Shown one piece after another: positions 26,866-35,622 of a stretch of 35,974 bases of DNA (positions are counted from its first letter, which is position 1; the number at the start of each line of letters is the position of its first letter). Made by a program: the position numbers and the translations under genes. This DNA comes from a virus. Its lineage: Duplodnaviria; Caudoviricetes. The stretch lies in IMG/VR virus record IMGVR_UViG_3300047561_000092, positions 1 to 35,974 of that record. The stretch is one strand, 5' to 3'. A model generated the notes under the pieces. The model searched no databases and was not told the DNA's origin. It worked only from the letters and a program-made list of their open reading frames with translations.

Positions 26866-27157
26866 CTTTACTCATAGATGGAGAGTAACAGTAACAGATG
26901 CTAAACTTAATCGCAGCATAGAACAAAACGAAAGACTATGGGAGTTATACACAAGTTTAGGAAATCATTTAGGTTTGGACAAACAACAAGTGCACGAGCT
27001 TATGTCTTACCGACTACTTCGTTCACAAACAGAAATAGCTGGTTTCCCTATAGAGATTATTAAATCAACAACAAAACTAACTACAAGTGAGATGGCAGAA
27101 TACCAACAACAGATAGAGGTATGGGGTCAGACTATGGGTTGGGGTTGGGATTATTAA
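26798..27157 (+). CDS. ninB: NinB/Orf-family recombination protein
   Basis: RSIEQNERLW and STTKLTTSEMAEY motifs. Confidence 0.8.
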   Translation: MMLKWSLTKDNLPMLYEKLKALDFTHRWRVTVTDAKLNRSIEQNERLWELYTSLGNHLGLDKQQVHELMSYRLLRSQTEIAGFPIEIIKSTTKLTTSEMAEYQQQIEVWGQTMGWGWDY

Positions 27158-27702
27158 TGATAGCAGTATTGTTTGCAAGGGATGATAGCCGTTATAAAGA
27201 ACTTGATGGATATGATGTATATGATATTCACAGAGATGCTAGAAGTTATTGTAAGAAAATGCCTGTTATAGCACATCCACCATGTAGAGCTTGGGGTATG
27301 TTATCTCACATGGCAAATCCTAGAGAAGGTGAAAAGCAATTAGCTTATTTAGCATTAGCTCAAGTAAGACTTAATGGCGGTATATTAGAGCATCCTGCTG
27401 GAAGTCGTTTATGGAAAGAAGCACCTTTACCTTTGGCGGGGGGGGGGGAAGATGAATTTGGCGGATATACAATTGAGATTGACCAATTTGATTTTGGTCA
27501 TGTTGCACATAAAAATACTAAACTTTATATTTGTGGAATAGCTAAAGATAATTTGCCTCCAATGCCACCTAAAAATTTATCATCTACTGACAGGTCAATA
27601 TGTGGTAATGTAAAAGGAACAAAACGCTGTACTCAATATCAACGAGAATATACACCAGATGATTTAATTAACTGGATGACAAAGGTATGTAATGAACTAT
27701 AG
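27157..27702 (+). CDS. Short C5-cytosine DNA methyltransferase-like protein
   Basis: AVLF N-terminal strand; VIAHPPCRAW (catalytic PC); ILEHP (ENV-like); DFGH...K.T.L. Confidence 0.7.
   Translation: MIAVLFARDDSRYKELDGYDVYDIHRDARSYCKKMPVIAHPPCRAWGMLSHMANPREGEKQLAYLALAQVRLNGGILEHPAGSRLWKEAPLPLAGGGEDEFGGYTIEIDQFDFGHVAHKNTKLYICGIAKDNLPPMPPKNLSSTDRSICGNVKGTKRCTQYQREYTPDDLINWMTKVCNEL
27438..27448 (+). repeat. G11 homopolymer inside the methyltransferase-like gene
   Basis: ttggc-ggggggggggg-aagat, in frame as A-G-G-G-E. Confidence 0.9.
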
Positions 27703-27982
27703 AAACAAAAAACTATTAGAAGTTGTTAGAGAAGCTCCATGTATGATGTGTTCAATGGAAGATGGAACAGTTTGTGCAGCTCATAGTAATCAGTTAAGGG
27801 ATGGTAAAGGAACTGGCATAAAAGCACATGATTTTAGAATTTCAGCATTATGCCATCAATGTCATCACATGATAGATAATGACAAATCATTAGATAAACA
27901 TGATAGAATATCAGCATGGGAAGAAGCACACCGTAAAACTATAGCTTGGCTATTCACTAATGGACATTTAGGAGTAAAATAA
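27692..27982 (+). CDS. DUF1364-like zinc-binding nuclease
   Basis: YRNKKLL...PCMMC...AAHSN...GKGTGIKA.D...LCHQCH..ID. Confidence 0.75.
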   Translation: MNYRNKKLLEVVREAPCMMCSMEDGTVCAAHSNQLRDGKGTGIKAHDFRISALCHQCHHMIDNDKSLDKHDRISAWEEAHRKTIAWLFTNGHLGVK

Positions 27983-28222
27983 ATGGGTAAGGGTTCTGGA
28001 AGAAGACCATTATTAATTTCTGAAAAAGAAGCACAAGATAATTGGGATAAGATATTTGGTAAAAAGAAACATTACGAACTTGATGATGGGCAACTTATAG
28101 ATGAGCAATACAAAAAAATAAAAGATTATGAATACGAATTAAATAAATCTACAGGTGAAGTAGAAAAGCGTTTCCTAGATGGCATATCTAAACCTAACGA
28201 AAGTCAATTTAATGGCAATTAG
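27983..28222 (+). CDS. Hypothetical protein
   Basis: MGKGSGRRP...NWDKIFG small phage family motif. Confidence 0.65.
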   Translation: MGKGSGRRPLLISEKEAQDNWDKIFGKKKHYELDDGQLIDEQYKKIKDYEYELNKSTGEVEKRFLDGISKPNESQFNGN

Positions 28223-28529
28223 CCCAACGCAGTTAAGTCTTAAAAAATTACGAGAAGAAGGATACACTGTAGCAGTAGTAGAACACTGGAACGCATTTGC
28301 CAGAATAAGACAAGACCTATTTGGTTTCATTGACCTATTAGCCCTAAAAGGCAAAGAAGTTCTTGCTGTACAAACAACAACCACTACTAACATGAATGCT
28401 AGGATTAAAAAAATAGCAGACCATGAGAATGTAGGCATAGTTCGTGATGCAGGTTGGAATATTCATGTGCATGGATGGAGTCAGAACGATAAGAAAAAAT
28501 GGCAATGTAAAGTCAAAGATGTGTCCTAG
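28212..28529 (+). CDS. PD-(D/E)xK nuclease, Holliday junction resolvase-like
   Basis: LREEGY.V..VE...DLFGFIDLLAL...LAVQ. Confidence 0.7.
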   Translation: MAISPTQLSLKKLREEGYTVAVVEHWNAFARIRQDLFGFIDLLALKGKEVLAVQTTTTTNMNARIKKIADHENVGIVRDAGWNIHVHGWSQNDKKKWQCKVKDVS

Positions 28530-28914
28530 TAGAGAACAAATAAACAATGAACGCAAACAATTTCTAAAAAAACAAATAATGGAATTGATTGGTGATGAAA
28601 AATGGACTTCAGTTCAGTTAGCTAAAGTTATTGAAGTTGAAAGGTATCATCTTAAATACGCACTTATGGATTTAGAGGCAGAAGGTTTATTGCATCATGA
28701 GCCTAGAGGAAGTAAACTATACTTTTACTACAAACCTAAACGACATCCGTTAGATGAAATCTTTAACCACAATGTAAACATTCCACAAGAGTTAATCAAA
28801 GAAAGCCATATATATACCGAAAAAGATACTAAACATAATCTGCGACACAATGTAATATTAGATTCATTTGGTAGTAGTGGCATAGATAGCGAAGGGTTGG
28901 GTATAGGAACATGA
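28519..28914 (+). CDS. Winged-helix DNA-binding protein
   Basis: WTSVQLAKVI...LKYALMDLEAEGLL. Confidence 0.6.
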   Translation: MCPSREQINNERKQFLKKQIMELIGDEKWTSVQLAKVIEVERYHLKYALMDLEAEGLLHHEPRGSKLYFYYKPKRHPLDEIFNHNVNIPQELIKESHIYTEKDTKHNLRHNVILDSFGSSGIDSEGLGIGT

Positions 28915-29033
28915 CACAAGAAGATATTATTAAAATTTATAATCAAGCATTTCCAACTAGATACGAACCTATGACTTTAGAACGTATGATAATGTTTGCA
29001 AGACTGATAGAGGAAAAAGTTAAGCATGATTAG
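28911..29033 (+). CDS. Small protein, 40 aa
   Basis: MTQEDIIKIYNQAF...FARLIEEK; ATGA coupling. Confidence 0.6.
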   Translation: MTQEDIIKIYNQAFPTRYEPMTLERMIMFARLIEEKVKHD

Positions 29034-29358
29034 TATGGGACGCTTGCTAACAATCCTAGATGATTGGAAAAAACATATGAAACCATTAAATCATAGGCTT
29101 GGTTATCCATCTCGTTCATTAGGTATGTCTTCTGGAGGAGAATCTACAGAAGATGAATTTGAGCATATGCTTGACAAAATGGATAAAGAAAATGTCAGGA
29201 TTGTTCATATTATTATATTTGATAATTTACCTACTGGACAAAAGCAAGCTATATTAGCTAAATATTTAAAAGAAAAACCACCTATAGCTTATGAGTGGCA
29301 ATTAGATATGGCATATGATAATTTACTTACTATGGCAGGAAAAAAGATAAATGCGTAA
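29026..29358 (+). CDS. Antitermination protein Q-like
   Basis: L..W...LGYPS...LP..QKQAI..KY pattern; last early gene, directly before a promoter-hairpin unit. Confidence 0.6.
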   Translation: MISMGRLLTILDDWKKHMKPLNHRLGYPSRSLGMSSGGESTEDEFEHMLDKMDKENVRIVHIIIFDNLPTGQKQAILAKYLKEKPPIAYEWQLDMAYDNLLTMAGKKINA

Positions 29359-29362
29359 TGAC

Positions 29363-29392
29363 TAGACCTAAAGCACCTACATATGGTATAAT
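29363..29392 (+). promoter_or_regulatory. Late promoter (pR'-like)
   Basis: TAGACC-N18-TATAAT with extended TGn. Confidence 0.65.
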
Positions 29393-29438
29393 ACCAGCTA
29401 TGTGGGCAGAGCCTACCCCAAAGAAACGTAATCCTCCA

Positions 29439-29488
29439 AAACCCTGACCAACCTCTCCTAAATCTCCGTTGGTTGGGGTTTACTTTAT
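29439..29488 (+). terminator. Leader hairpin/terminator (tR'-like)
   Basis: aaaccctgaccaac ... gttggttggggttt stem followed by actttat. Confidence 0.55.
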
Positions 29489-29653
29489 ATGACAATATCT
29501 GTAGCAATATGCACTACCTGTGGCGAGCCTTTTGACCGCACAGAGTATTCGCTTTGCAACGATTGCAGATATGACAAAACCTATATTAAGCTAGACAAAG
29601 AACCCACACAGGAAAAAGAACATGGCACAATCATTCAACACAGCAGTGAGTAA
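29489..29653 (+). CDS. Small zinc-finger protein, 54 aa (not in the ORF track)
   Basis: MTISVAICTTCGEPFDRTEYSLCNDCRYDK...: CxxC...CxxC. Confidence 0.55.
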   Translation: MTISVAICTTCGEPFDRTEYSLCNDCRYDKTYIKLDKEPTQEKEHGTIIQHSSE

Positions 29654-30020
29654 AGATAAAGTAGCAAGCATATTTGCACTTATGTTACTTCACGAAGTTA
29701 CTAATGCTCATTTATTACATTGGGCAAGTAGTTCTTTCTCACAGCACGTTACATTAGGTGAGTTTTATGACAGCCTAGCAGACAAAGTAGATGACTATGT
29801 AGAAGCATACATGGGTAAATACGGACAACTTAAGATTGAAGGTTACCCAGAAGTATATTCATTGCCTAAAACAGATTCTGTAGCCCAATTAGAAGAACTA
29901 TCGCATAATGTTGAAGCATTAAGAGAAAAGTTACCACAAGATACAGAACTACAAAACTTGGTAGACGAAATAGCAGACCTAATTGATTCAACCCTTTATA
30001 AACTACGTTTCTTAAAATAA
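29622..30020 (+). CDS. Ferritin/Dps-like protein (DUF5856-like)
   Basis: HLLHW..SSFSQH..LGEFYD.L...VD.YVEAYMGKYG...ELQN..DEI......TLYKL. Confidence 0.75.
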   Translation: MAQSFNTAVSKDKVASIFALMLLHEVTNAHLLHWASSSFSQHVTLGEFYDSLADKVDDYVEAYMGKYGQLKIEGYPEVYSLPKTDSVAQLEELSHNVEALREKLPQDTELQNLVDEIADLIDSTLYKLRFLK

Positions 30021-30029
30021 GGAAATAAC

Positions 30030-30194
30030 ATGGCAATGTCAAAACCAAAAATGGCTAAAGTAAGTAAAGTCATGAAAGAATACAAAGCAGGTACACTTAA
30101 TTCAGGTTCTAAAAAAGGTGCAATCGTTAAGTCACCTAAACAAGCTATTGCTATTGCATTATCTTCAGCAGGTATGAGCAAGAAGAAGAAATAA
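30030..30194 (+). CDS. Small basic protein (DUF6496-like), 54 aa (not in the ORF track)
   Basis: KVSKVMKEYKAGTLNSG...VKSPKQAIAIALS; RBS aagga. Confidence 0.8.
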   Translation: MAMSKPKMAKVSKVMKEYKAGTLNSGSKKGAIVKSPKQAIAIALSSAGMSKKKK

Positions 30195-30667
30195 TGACTA
30201 AAACTTGTCCAATTGCTACGCATGATATTCAACTTAATCTAAAGCATAGGGATTGGGCATTTAAGAACGTGGGCTATGGTCCAGTAAATCCAGACATAGA
30301 AGATAAAGTATTCTGGGCTAAACGTGCAGATGAATGGGCAACTACTCCAGAGATTGCTAAACAATCACGTTGTGGCAATTGTTCTGCCTTTATACAGACA
30401 CCAGAGATGATGGACTGTATTGTTAATGGTATTGCAGGTGATGAATCAGTAGATGAGTCTTATGCACCAGAAGTCATTGCTTCTGCTGAACTAGGATACT
30501 GTGAACTATTTGACTTCAAGTGTGCTGCAGATAGAACTTGCTCTGCATGGCTAGTAGGTGGTCCGATTAAAACAAAACTCACATCAGCACAGAAGAAGAT
30601 GCTTATGATGGCTAAATTTGAGAACGGTAACAAAGAAAACGATACAGAAGAAGGCTATACAGACTAA
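30194..30667 (+). CDS. Cys-rich protein with HiPIP-like motif
   Basis: RCGNCSAF...GYCELFDFKCAADRTCSAW. Confidence 0.6.
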   Translation: MTKTCPIATHDIQLNLKHRDWAFKNVGYGPVNPDIEDKVFWAKRADEWATTPEIAKQSRCGNCSAFIQTPEMMDCIVNGIAGDESVDESYAPEVIASAELGYCELFDFKCAADRTCSAWLVGGPIKTKLTSAQKKMLMMAKFENGNKENDTEEGYTD

Positions 30668-30702
30668 CAACAAAGGTAATGACCCAGTAATGGAGTTACA
30701 AC

Positions 30703-30984
30703 ATGGAAGAAACAAACAATAAAGTTGGTGCACCGCTTGGAAACAAAAACTCTATTAAATCCAATAGGTTATGGGCGGAAACAATTAGACGAGCAGTAAT
30801 ACAAGATGATGCTCAAAGATTAAGACAAATAGCCGAAGCATTGCTTATAAAAGCATCCGAAGGCGATATGACTGCTATCAAAGAGTTAGGTGATAGATTA
30901 GATGGTAAAGCCTTACAAGAGAACAAACTAACTGGCGATTCAGACGAACCAGTAGTGATTAAGATTGTAACAGGCATTGAATAA
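30703..30984 (+). CDS. terS: Terminase small subunit
   Basis: GAPLGNKN N-terminus, AIKELGDRLDGKA; immediately upstream of terL. Confidence 0.75.
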   Translation: MEETNNKVGAPLGNKNSIKSNRLWAETIRRAVIQDDAQRLRQIAEALLIKASEGDMTAIKELGDRLDGKALQENKLTGDSDEPVVIKIVTGIE

Positions 30985-32239
30985 TGTTCTAAATACTGGG
31001 TACGAACCCAGAGAACCGCAGAAGTTGATTCACCGTATGGTGAAGGACAACAGGTTCACAGTAGTGGTTGCTCATAGACGTATGGGCAAGACTGTATCAG
31101 CCATAAATCAACTGGTACATTCAGCACTACTGTGTGAAAAACCTAGTCCAAGACTAGCTTATATAGCACCTACATACGCACAGTGTAAGCGTATAGCATG
31201 GGATTATCTACTAACCTATACTAGACCATTGGGTGCAATAGCAAACATAGCAGAGTTAAGAGTAGACTTCATGGGAAGACGTATATCTTTATACGGTGCT
31301 GATAACCCAGACTCATTACGAGGTATCTATTTAGACGGTGTTGTGATTGATGAGATTGGGGATATTAACCCTACCATATTTAGTGAAGTAGTTAGACCTG
31401 CATTAGCTGACCGATTAGGTTGGGCAATGTTTATTGGTACACCTAAAGGCAATAACCACTTTAAAGACTTAAGAGATAGAGCAGATAAAGGCAATGATAG
31501 CTGGAAGCTGTTAGAGTTCAAAGCATCTGAAACAAACCTATTAGATGCACAAGAATTAGCATCTGCTAAAGTTGAAATGGGTGATGATAAGTTTCAGCAA
31601 GAATTTGAATGTTCCTTCAATGCAGCAGTAGAAGGTTCATATTATGGACAACTCATAAACGATTTAGAAGCAAAGCATCAGATTACTACTATTCCTAGAG
31701 AAACATTAAGCAAGACTTATTGTGCATGGGATTTAGGTATGTCTGATTCAACAGCTATTTGGGTAGCACAAGTCGTAGGTAAAGAAATAAGACTTGTAGA
31801 CTTTTATGAGAATCATTCTCAAGGATTGGATACTTATGTTCAGTGGTTGCGTGATAACGGATGGTCTGATGCTGTGCAGTTATTACCTCATGACGTGGTA
31901 GTAAGAGAACTAGGCACAGGTAAGTCAAGACAAGAAATGCTTGAACAAGCAGGACTAGAGATAACAGTAGTAAAGAAATTACCAATAGCAGATGGCATAC
32001 AAGCTGTAAGACGTTTATTGCCTCGTTGTTGGTTTGATAAGAATGTAAAGCAAGGGCTAGATGCACTACGCAATTATAGACGTAACTATGATGAGAAGCG
32101 TAATGTGTTCTTTGACTCACCTTTGCATGACTGGTGTTCCCATGCTAGTGACGCATTTAGATACCTAGCAGTAGGACTAGATGAGTCTGATAACGACTGG
32201 GGTCAACCCTTACAAATTAATAATTCATGGATAGTATAA
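30977..32239 (+). CDS. terL: Terminase large subunit
   Basis: Walker A HRRMGKT, LRGIYLDGVVIDE, FIGTPKG, WDLG, HDWCSHASDAFRY. Confidence 0.95.
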   Translation: MNNVLNTGYEPREPQKLIHRMVKDNRFTVVVAHRRMGKTVSAINQLVHSALLCEKPSPRLAYIAPTYAQCKRIAWDYLLTYTRPLGAIANIAELRVDFMGRRISLYGADNPDSLRGIYLDGVVIDEIGDINPTIFSEVVRPALADRLGWAMFIGTPKGNNHFKDLRDRADKGNDSWKLLEFKASETNLLDAQELASAKVEMGDDKFQQEFECSFNAAVEGSYYGQLINDLEAKHQITTIPRETLSKTYCAWDLGMSDSTAIWVAQVVGKEIRLVDFYENHSQGLDTYVQWLRDNGWSDAVQLLPHDVVVRELGTGKSRQEMLEQAGLEITVVKKLPIADGIQAVRRLLPRCWFDKNVKQGLDALRNYRRNYDEKRNVFFDSPLHDWCSHASDAFRYLAVGLDESDNDWGQPLQINNSWIV

Positions 32240-32241
32240 CA

Positions 32242-34332
32242 ATGGCAAACCCTAAAAAATCTGGCTACATAATGGACGAAGGCAAACTGAAAGCCATTCT
32301 TGAGTCTGAAATATGGTCATCACTTGGTTACATTCAATCTGAAACAACAGGTGAAAGACAACAAGCATTAGAGTATTATCTTCGTAGACCTTATGGTAAT
32401 GAAGTAGAAGGTAAGTCACAGATTGTTACTGGTGAAGTAGCTGAAGCTATAGACGGTGCATTGCCACAACTTATTCGTGTATTCACATCATCAGATAACA
32501 TTGTAGAGTTTAGTCCAGTTCACGAAGGTGACCAAGATTTAGCTGACGGTGCTACTACATACGTTAATCATGTATTCTATAAAGACAATGATGGATTTAG
32601 CGTATTACATAACTGGTTTAAAGACGCATTACTAGAAAAAGTAGGCGTAGTAAAAGTATATTGGGATGATGAAACAAACATCACTAAAGAAGAATATAAA
32701 GGTTTAACCGAAGATGAGCTTGCACTTATCTTACAAGACCAAGAAGTAGATTTGGTTTCGCACCAAGAAGTAGTTAAAGTAGAGCAAATTGTTGACCCAA
32801 TCACAGGGTTACAAACAGACCATAGTACAGTAACGCATAATGTTAAGGTTCGTAAGACAGTACGCAATGGAACAGTTCGTGTAGAAAATGTACCGCCAGA
32901 AGAGTTTATCATCTCTAAACGTGCTAGAAACATTCAAGAATCAGGTTTCTGTGCTCACCGTAAGATGCTTACTCGTAGTGAACTTATCTCTATGGGCTTT
33001 GACCCTAAAGTCGTAGAAGGTTTAGCTACTGGTAACGCATTAGAATATAGTCCTGAAAGAATTGCTCGTTATACTCGTGGTGAACAACCTACAGATATGA
33101 TGTCACAAGACCACTCTATGCAATTGTGTGAAGTGTATGAGTGTTATATCAAGGTTGATTACAATGATGACGGTGTTGCAGAATTACGCAAGATTGTATA
33201 CGCTTCTAATGAAATCTTAAGTGATGAGGATTGTGATTACATTCCTTTCCATTCTATTTGCCCATTACCAATACCACATAAATTCTTTGGTAACTCATTA
33301 GCAGACAGAACAATGGACTTGCAACTTATCAAGTCTACAGTAACTCGTCAAATCCTAGACAATATGTACCTTACTAACAATGCTCGTGTATTGGCAGTAG
33401 AAGGTCAAGTAAACTATGATGACTTATTAACATCTACAGCAGGTGGTGTGATTCGTGTTAAGAACCCAGCAGCAGTATCACAGTTATCTGTGACTTCAGC
33501 AGCAGGTCAATCATTCCCTATGTTAGAGTATTTAGATGGCGTACAAGCTAAACGTACAGGTGTTAGCGACATGAATCAAGGTTTAAGTGCAGACGTACTA
33601 CAAAACGCTACAGCTACAGCAGTGGCTACTATGTCTAACGCTGCTAACGGTAAACTAGAACTAATAGCTCGTATCTTTGCAGAAACAGGTGTCAAATCAC
33701 TATTCCAATCTATCTTTAGATTATTATGTAAGTATCAAGTTCAATCACGCACTCTTATGATTAACAAGAAACCAATGGTATTTAATCCTAGAGAATGGTC
33801 AGAACAATACGGTATCAATATCAATGTAGGTTTAGGTACTGGTTCTCGTGCTGAACAACTTGCTACTATGCAAATGATTCTAGGTAAACAAGAACAAATC
33901 ATTCAAGGTTATGGTCTTAATAACCCAATAGTCAACCTTAAACAATATAGAGATACATTAGCTAAATTCATCCACATGGCTGGATTTAAAGACGCTAGTG
34001 GTTTCTTACAAGACATTACGCCAGAACAAGCTCAACAATTAGCACAAGCAGACCAACCTAAAGTTGACCCAAGTGTAGAAGCTGCTCAAGAGTTTGCTAA
34101 AGTTGAACGTGAAAAAGCACAGTTAAGAGCACAAACAGAGATGGCTAAACTTGAACTACAAAAACAACAAATGGAACTAGACAATGCTCGTAAGCAATTA
34201 GAGTTACAGATGCAAGAATTTAAGATTCAAGCAGAAGCTCAAAATGCTTCAGATAAATCTAGGGCTGATTCTATGAAATCAGTGATGGCATCATTAAAAG
34301 ATATTAAGGACTTACAAGCACCTAACTTCTAA
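32242..34332 (+). CDS. Portal protein
   Basis: About 700 aa after terL; KDAL...GVVKVYWD, VPPEEF, PIPHKFFG.SLAD, C-terminal coiled-coil barrel; start 32242 or 32227. Confidence 0.92.
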   Translation: MANPKKSGYIMDEGKLKAILESEIWSSLGYIQSETTGERQQALEYYLRRPYGNEVEGKSQIVTGEVAEAIDGALPQLIRVFTSSDNIVEFSPVHEGDQDLADGATTYVNHVFYKDNDGFSVLHNWFKDALLEKVGVVKVYWDDETNITKEEYKGLTEDELALILQDQEVDLVSHQEVVKVEQIVDPITGLQTDHSTVTHNVKVRKTVRNGTVRVENVPPEEFIISKRARNIQESGFCAHRKMLTRSELISMGFDPKVVEGLATGNALEYSPERIARYTRGEQPTDMMSQDHSMQLCEVYECYIKVDYNDDGVAELRKIVYASNEILSDEDCDYIPFHSICPLPIPHKFFGNSLADRTMDLQLIKSTVTRQILDNMYLTNNARVLAVEGQVNYDDLLTSTAGGVIRVKNPAAVSQLSVTSAAGQSFPMLEYLDGVQAKRTGVSDMNQGLSADVLQNATATAVATMSNAANGKLELIARIFAETGVKSLFQSIFRLLCKYQVQSRTLMINKKPMVFNPREWSEQYGININVGLGTGSRAEQLATMQMILGKQEQIIQGYGLNNPIVNLKQYRDTLAKFIHMAGFKDASGFLQDITPEQAQQLAQADQPKVDPSVEAAQEFAKVEREKAQLRAQTEMAKLELQKQQMELDNARKQLELQMQEFKIQAEAQNASDKSRADSMKSVMASLKDIKDLQAPNF

Positions 34333-34559
34333 TGAACACACAAAACATTAAAAACATTTTAAATGATGATGACTTTAAAGGTGTCTTACAAGGCATGATT
34401 GATGGTCATATACAACAAATTATAAACTCTAATGACTCTGATACAGAAATTAGAGAGCAGTCCTATTATAAGATAGCTGCTATAAAAGAATTAATCGGCA
34501 GTCTTGAGGCTATTGCAGCAGGTCAAGCAATAGATGAGAACCGATTTAAGATATTGTAG
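34332..34559 (+). CDS. Small conserved head-region protein
   Basis: Coupled to the portal gene; typical gene between portal and scaffold. Confidence 0.65.
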   Translation: MNTQNIKNILNDDDFKGVLQGMIDGHIQQIINSNDSDTEIREQSYYKIAAIKELIGSLEAIAAGQAIDENRFKIL

Positions 34560-34608
34560 ATAATTCTACATTTGGTACGCCTCCCATAGAGGTAATATAG
34601 GAAAATAA

Positions 34609-35610
34609 ATGAGTGAAAACACCATGACTCCAGAAGAATCTGGAAGTGGCACGCTTACTGTAAGTCAAGCAGCCAATGCGTTTGAAGGTCTAATGGACAC
34701 CCCAGCTAACTCTACGGAGCAACTAGCAGGTGAACTGGAAGCTGAACAAGCACTGGAGCAAGAAGCAGAGCCACAACAAGAAGCTGAACAAGTAGAAGAA
34801 GTCGTTGATGACGAAGCTGAAGTACAAGAAGATGATAGTCAAGAAGAAGAGCCTTCATATGTAATTAAAGCCGCAGGGGAAGAAAAAGAAGTACCTCTAT
34901 CTGAATTGATTAAAGGTTATCAGCTTGGTGCTGACTATACGAAAAAAACTACCGAAGTAGCAGAACAACGTAAGCTAGTGGAAGCTGAACGTGGTGCTAT
35001 TGAGGAAGCCAAGTATGCTCGTGATTCATATGCTCAACGTTTGCAAGCAATAGATAACTTTCTAACTTCGCAAATGCCACAAGAGGATTTACAATCTCTT
35101 AAGGAAAACGACCCTATAGGATATGCAGTTAAAGTTGCTGAACTTTCTGAAAAGAAAGAACAACTACAGGCTATTAGAGCCGAACAAGGCAGAATTGCTC
35201 AAGAGCAACAATCTGACTATGCTCGTGCCATGTCTGATAGAGTTCAACAAGAAGCATCTAAACTAGCACAAGTCCTACCAGAGTTTTCAGACCCAGCCAA
35301 AGGCGACAACTTCCGTAAGGAAATTCGTTCATATGGCAAGACGTTAGGATTTACTGAAGAGGAACTCTCACAGGTATATGACTCTCGTCATGTTCTTACT
35401 TTGCACAAGGCAATGATGTATGACAAACTTCAAAAGTCAAAGCCAGCTATTACCAAGAAAGTAAATGAAGCTCCTAGAATGTTAAGAGCAGGTACTTCTG
35501 GTAGTAACAAACAAAGTGATGCACAGAAACTAACACAACAACAAACCCAGTTGCGTAACTCTGGTAAAGTCAGAGATGCCGCAGCTTTATTTGAACAATT
35601 TTTAGAATAA
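34609..35610 (+). CDS. Scaffolding protein
   Basis: Acidic N-terminus; EVPLSELIKGYQLGADYTKKT; coiled coil; C-terminal LRNSGKVRDAAALF. Confidence 0.88.
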   Translation: MSENTMTPEESGSGTLTVSQAANAFEGLMDTPANSTEQLAGELEAEQALEQEAEPQQEAEQVEEVVDDEAEVQEDDSQEEEPSYVIKAAGEEKEVPLSELIKGYQLGADYTKKTTEVAEQRKLVEAERGAIEEAKYARDSYAQRLQAIDNFLTSQMPQEDLQSLKENDPIGYAVKVAELSEKKEQLQAIRAEQGRIAQEQQSDYARAMSDRVQQEASKLAQVLPEFSDPAKGDNFRKEIRSYGKTLGFTEEELSQVYDSRHVLTLHKAMMYDKLQKSKPAITKKVNEAPRMLRAGTSGSNKQSDAQKLTQQQTQLRNSGKVRDAAALFEQFLE

Positions 35611-35622
35611 GGACATTAACAA

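Noticed and set aside
29393-29488. tRNA in the late leader
   Set aside because: No cloverleaf and no T-loop GTTC motif
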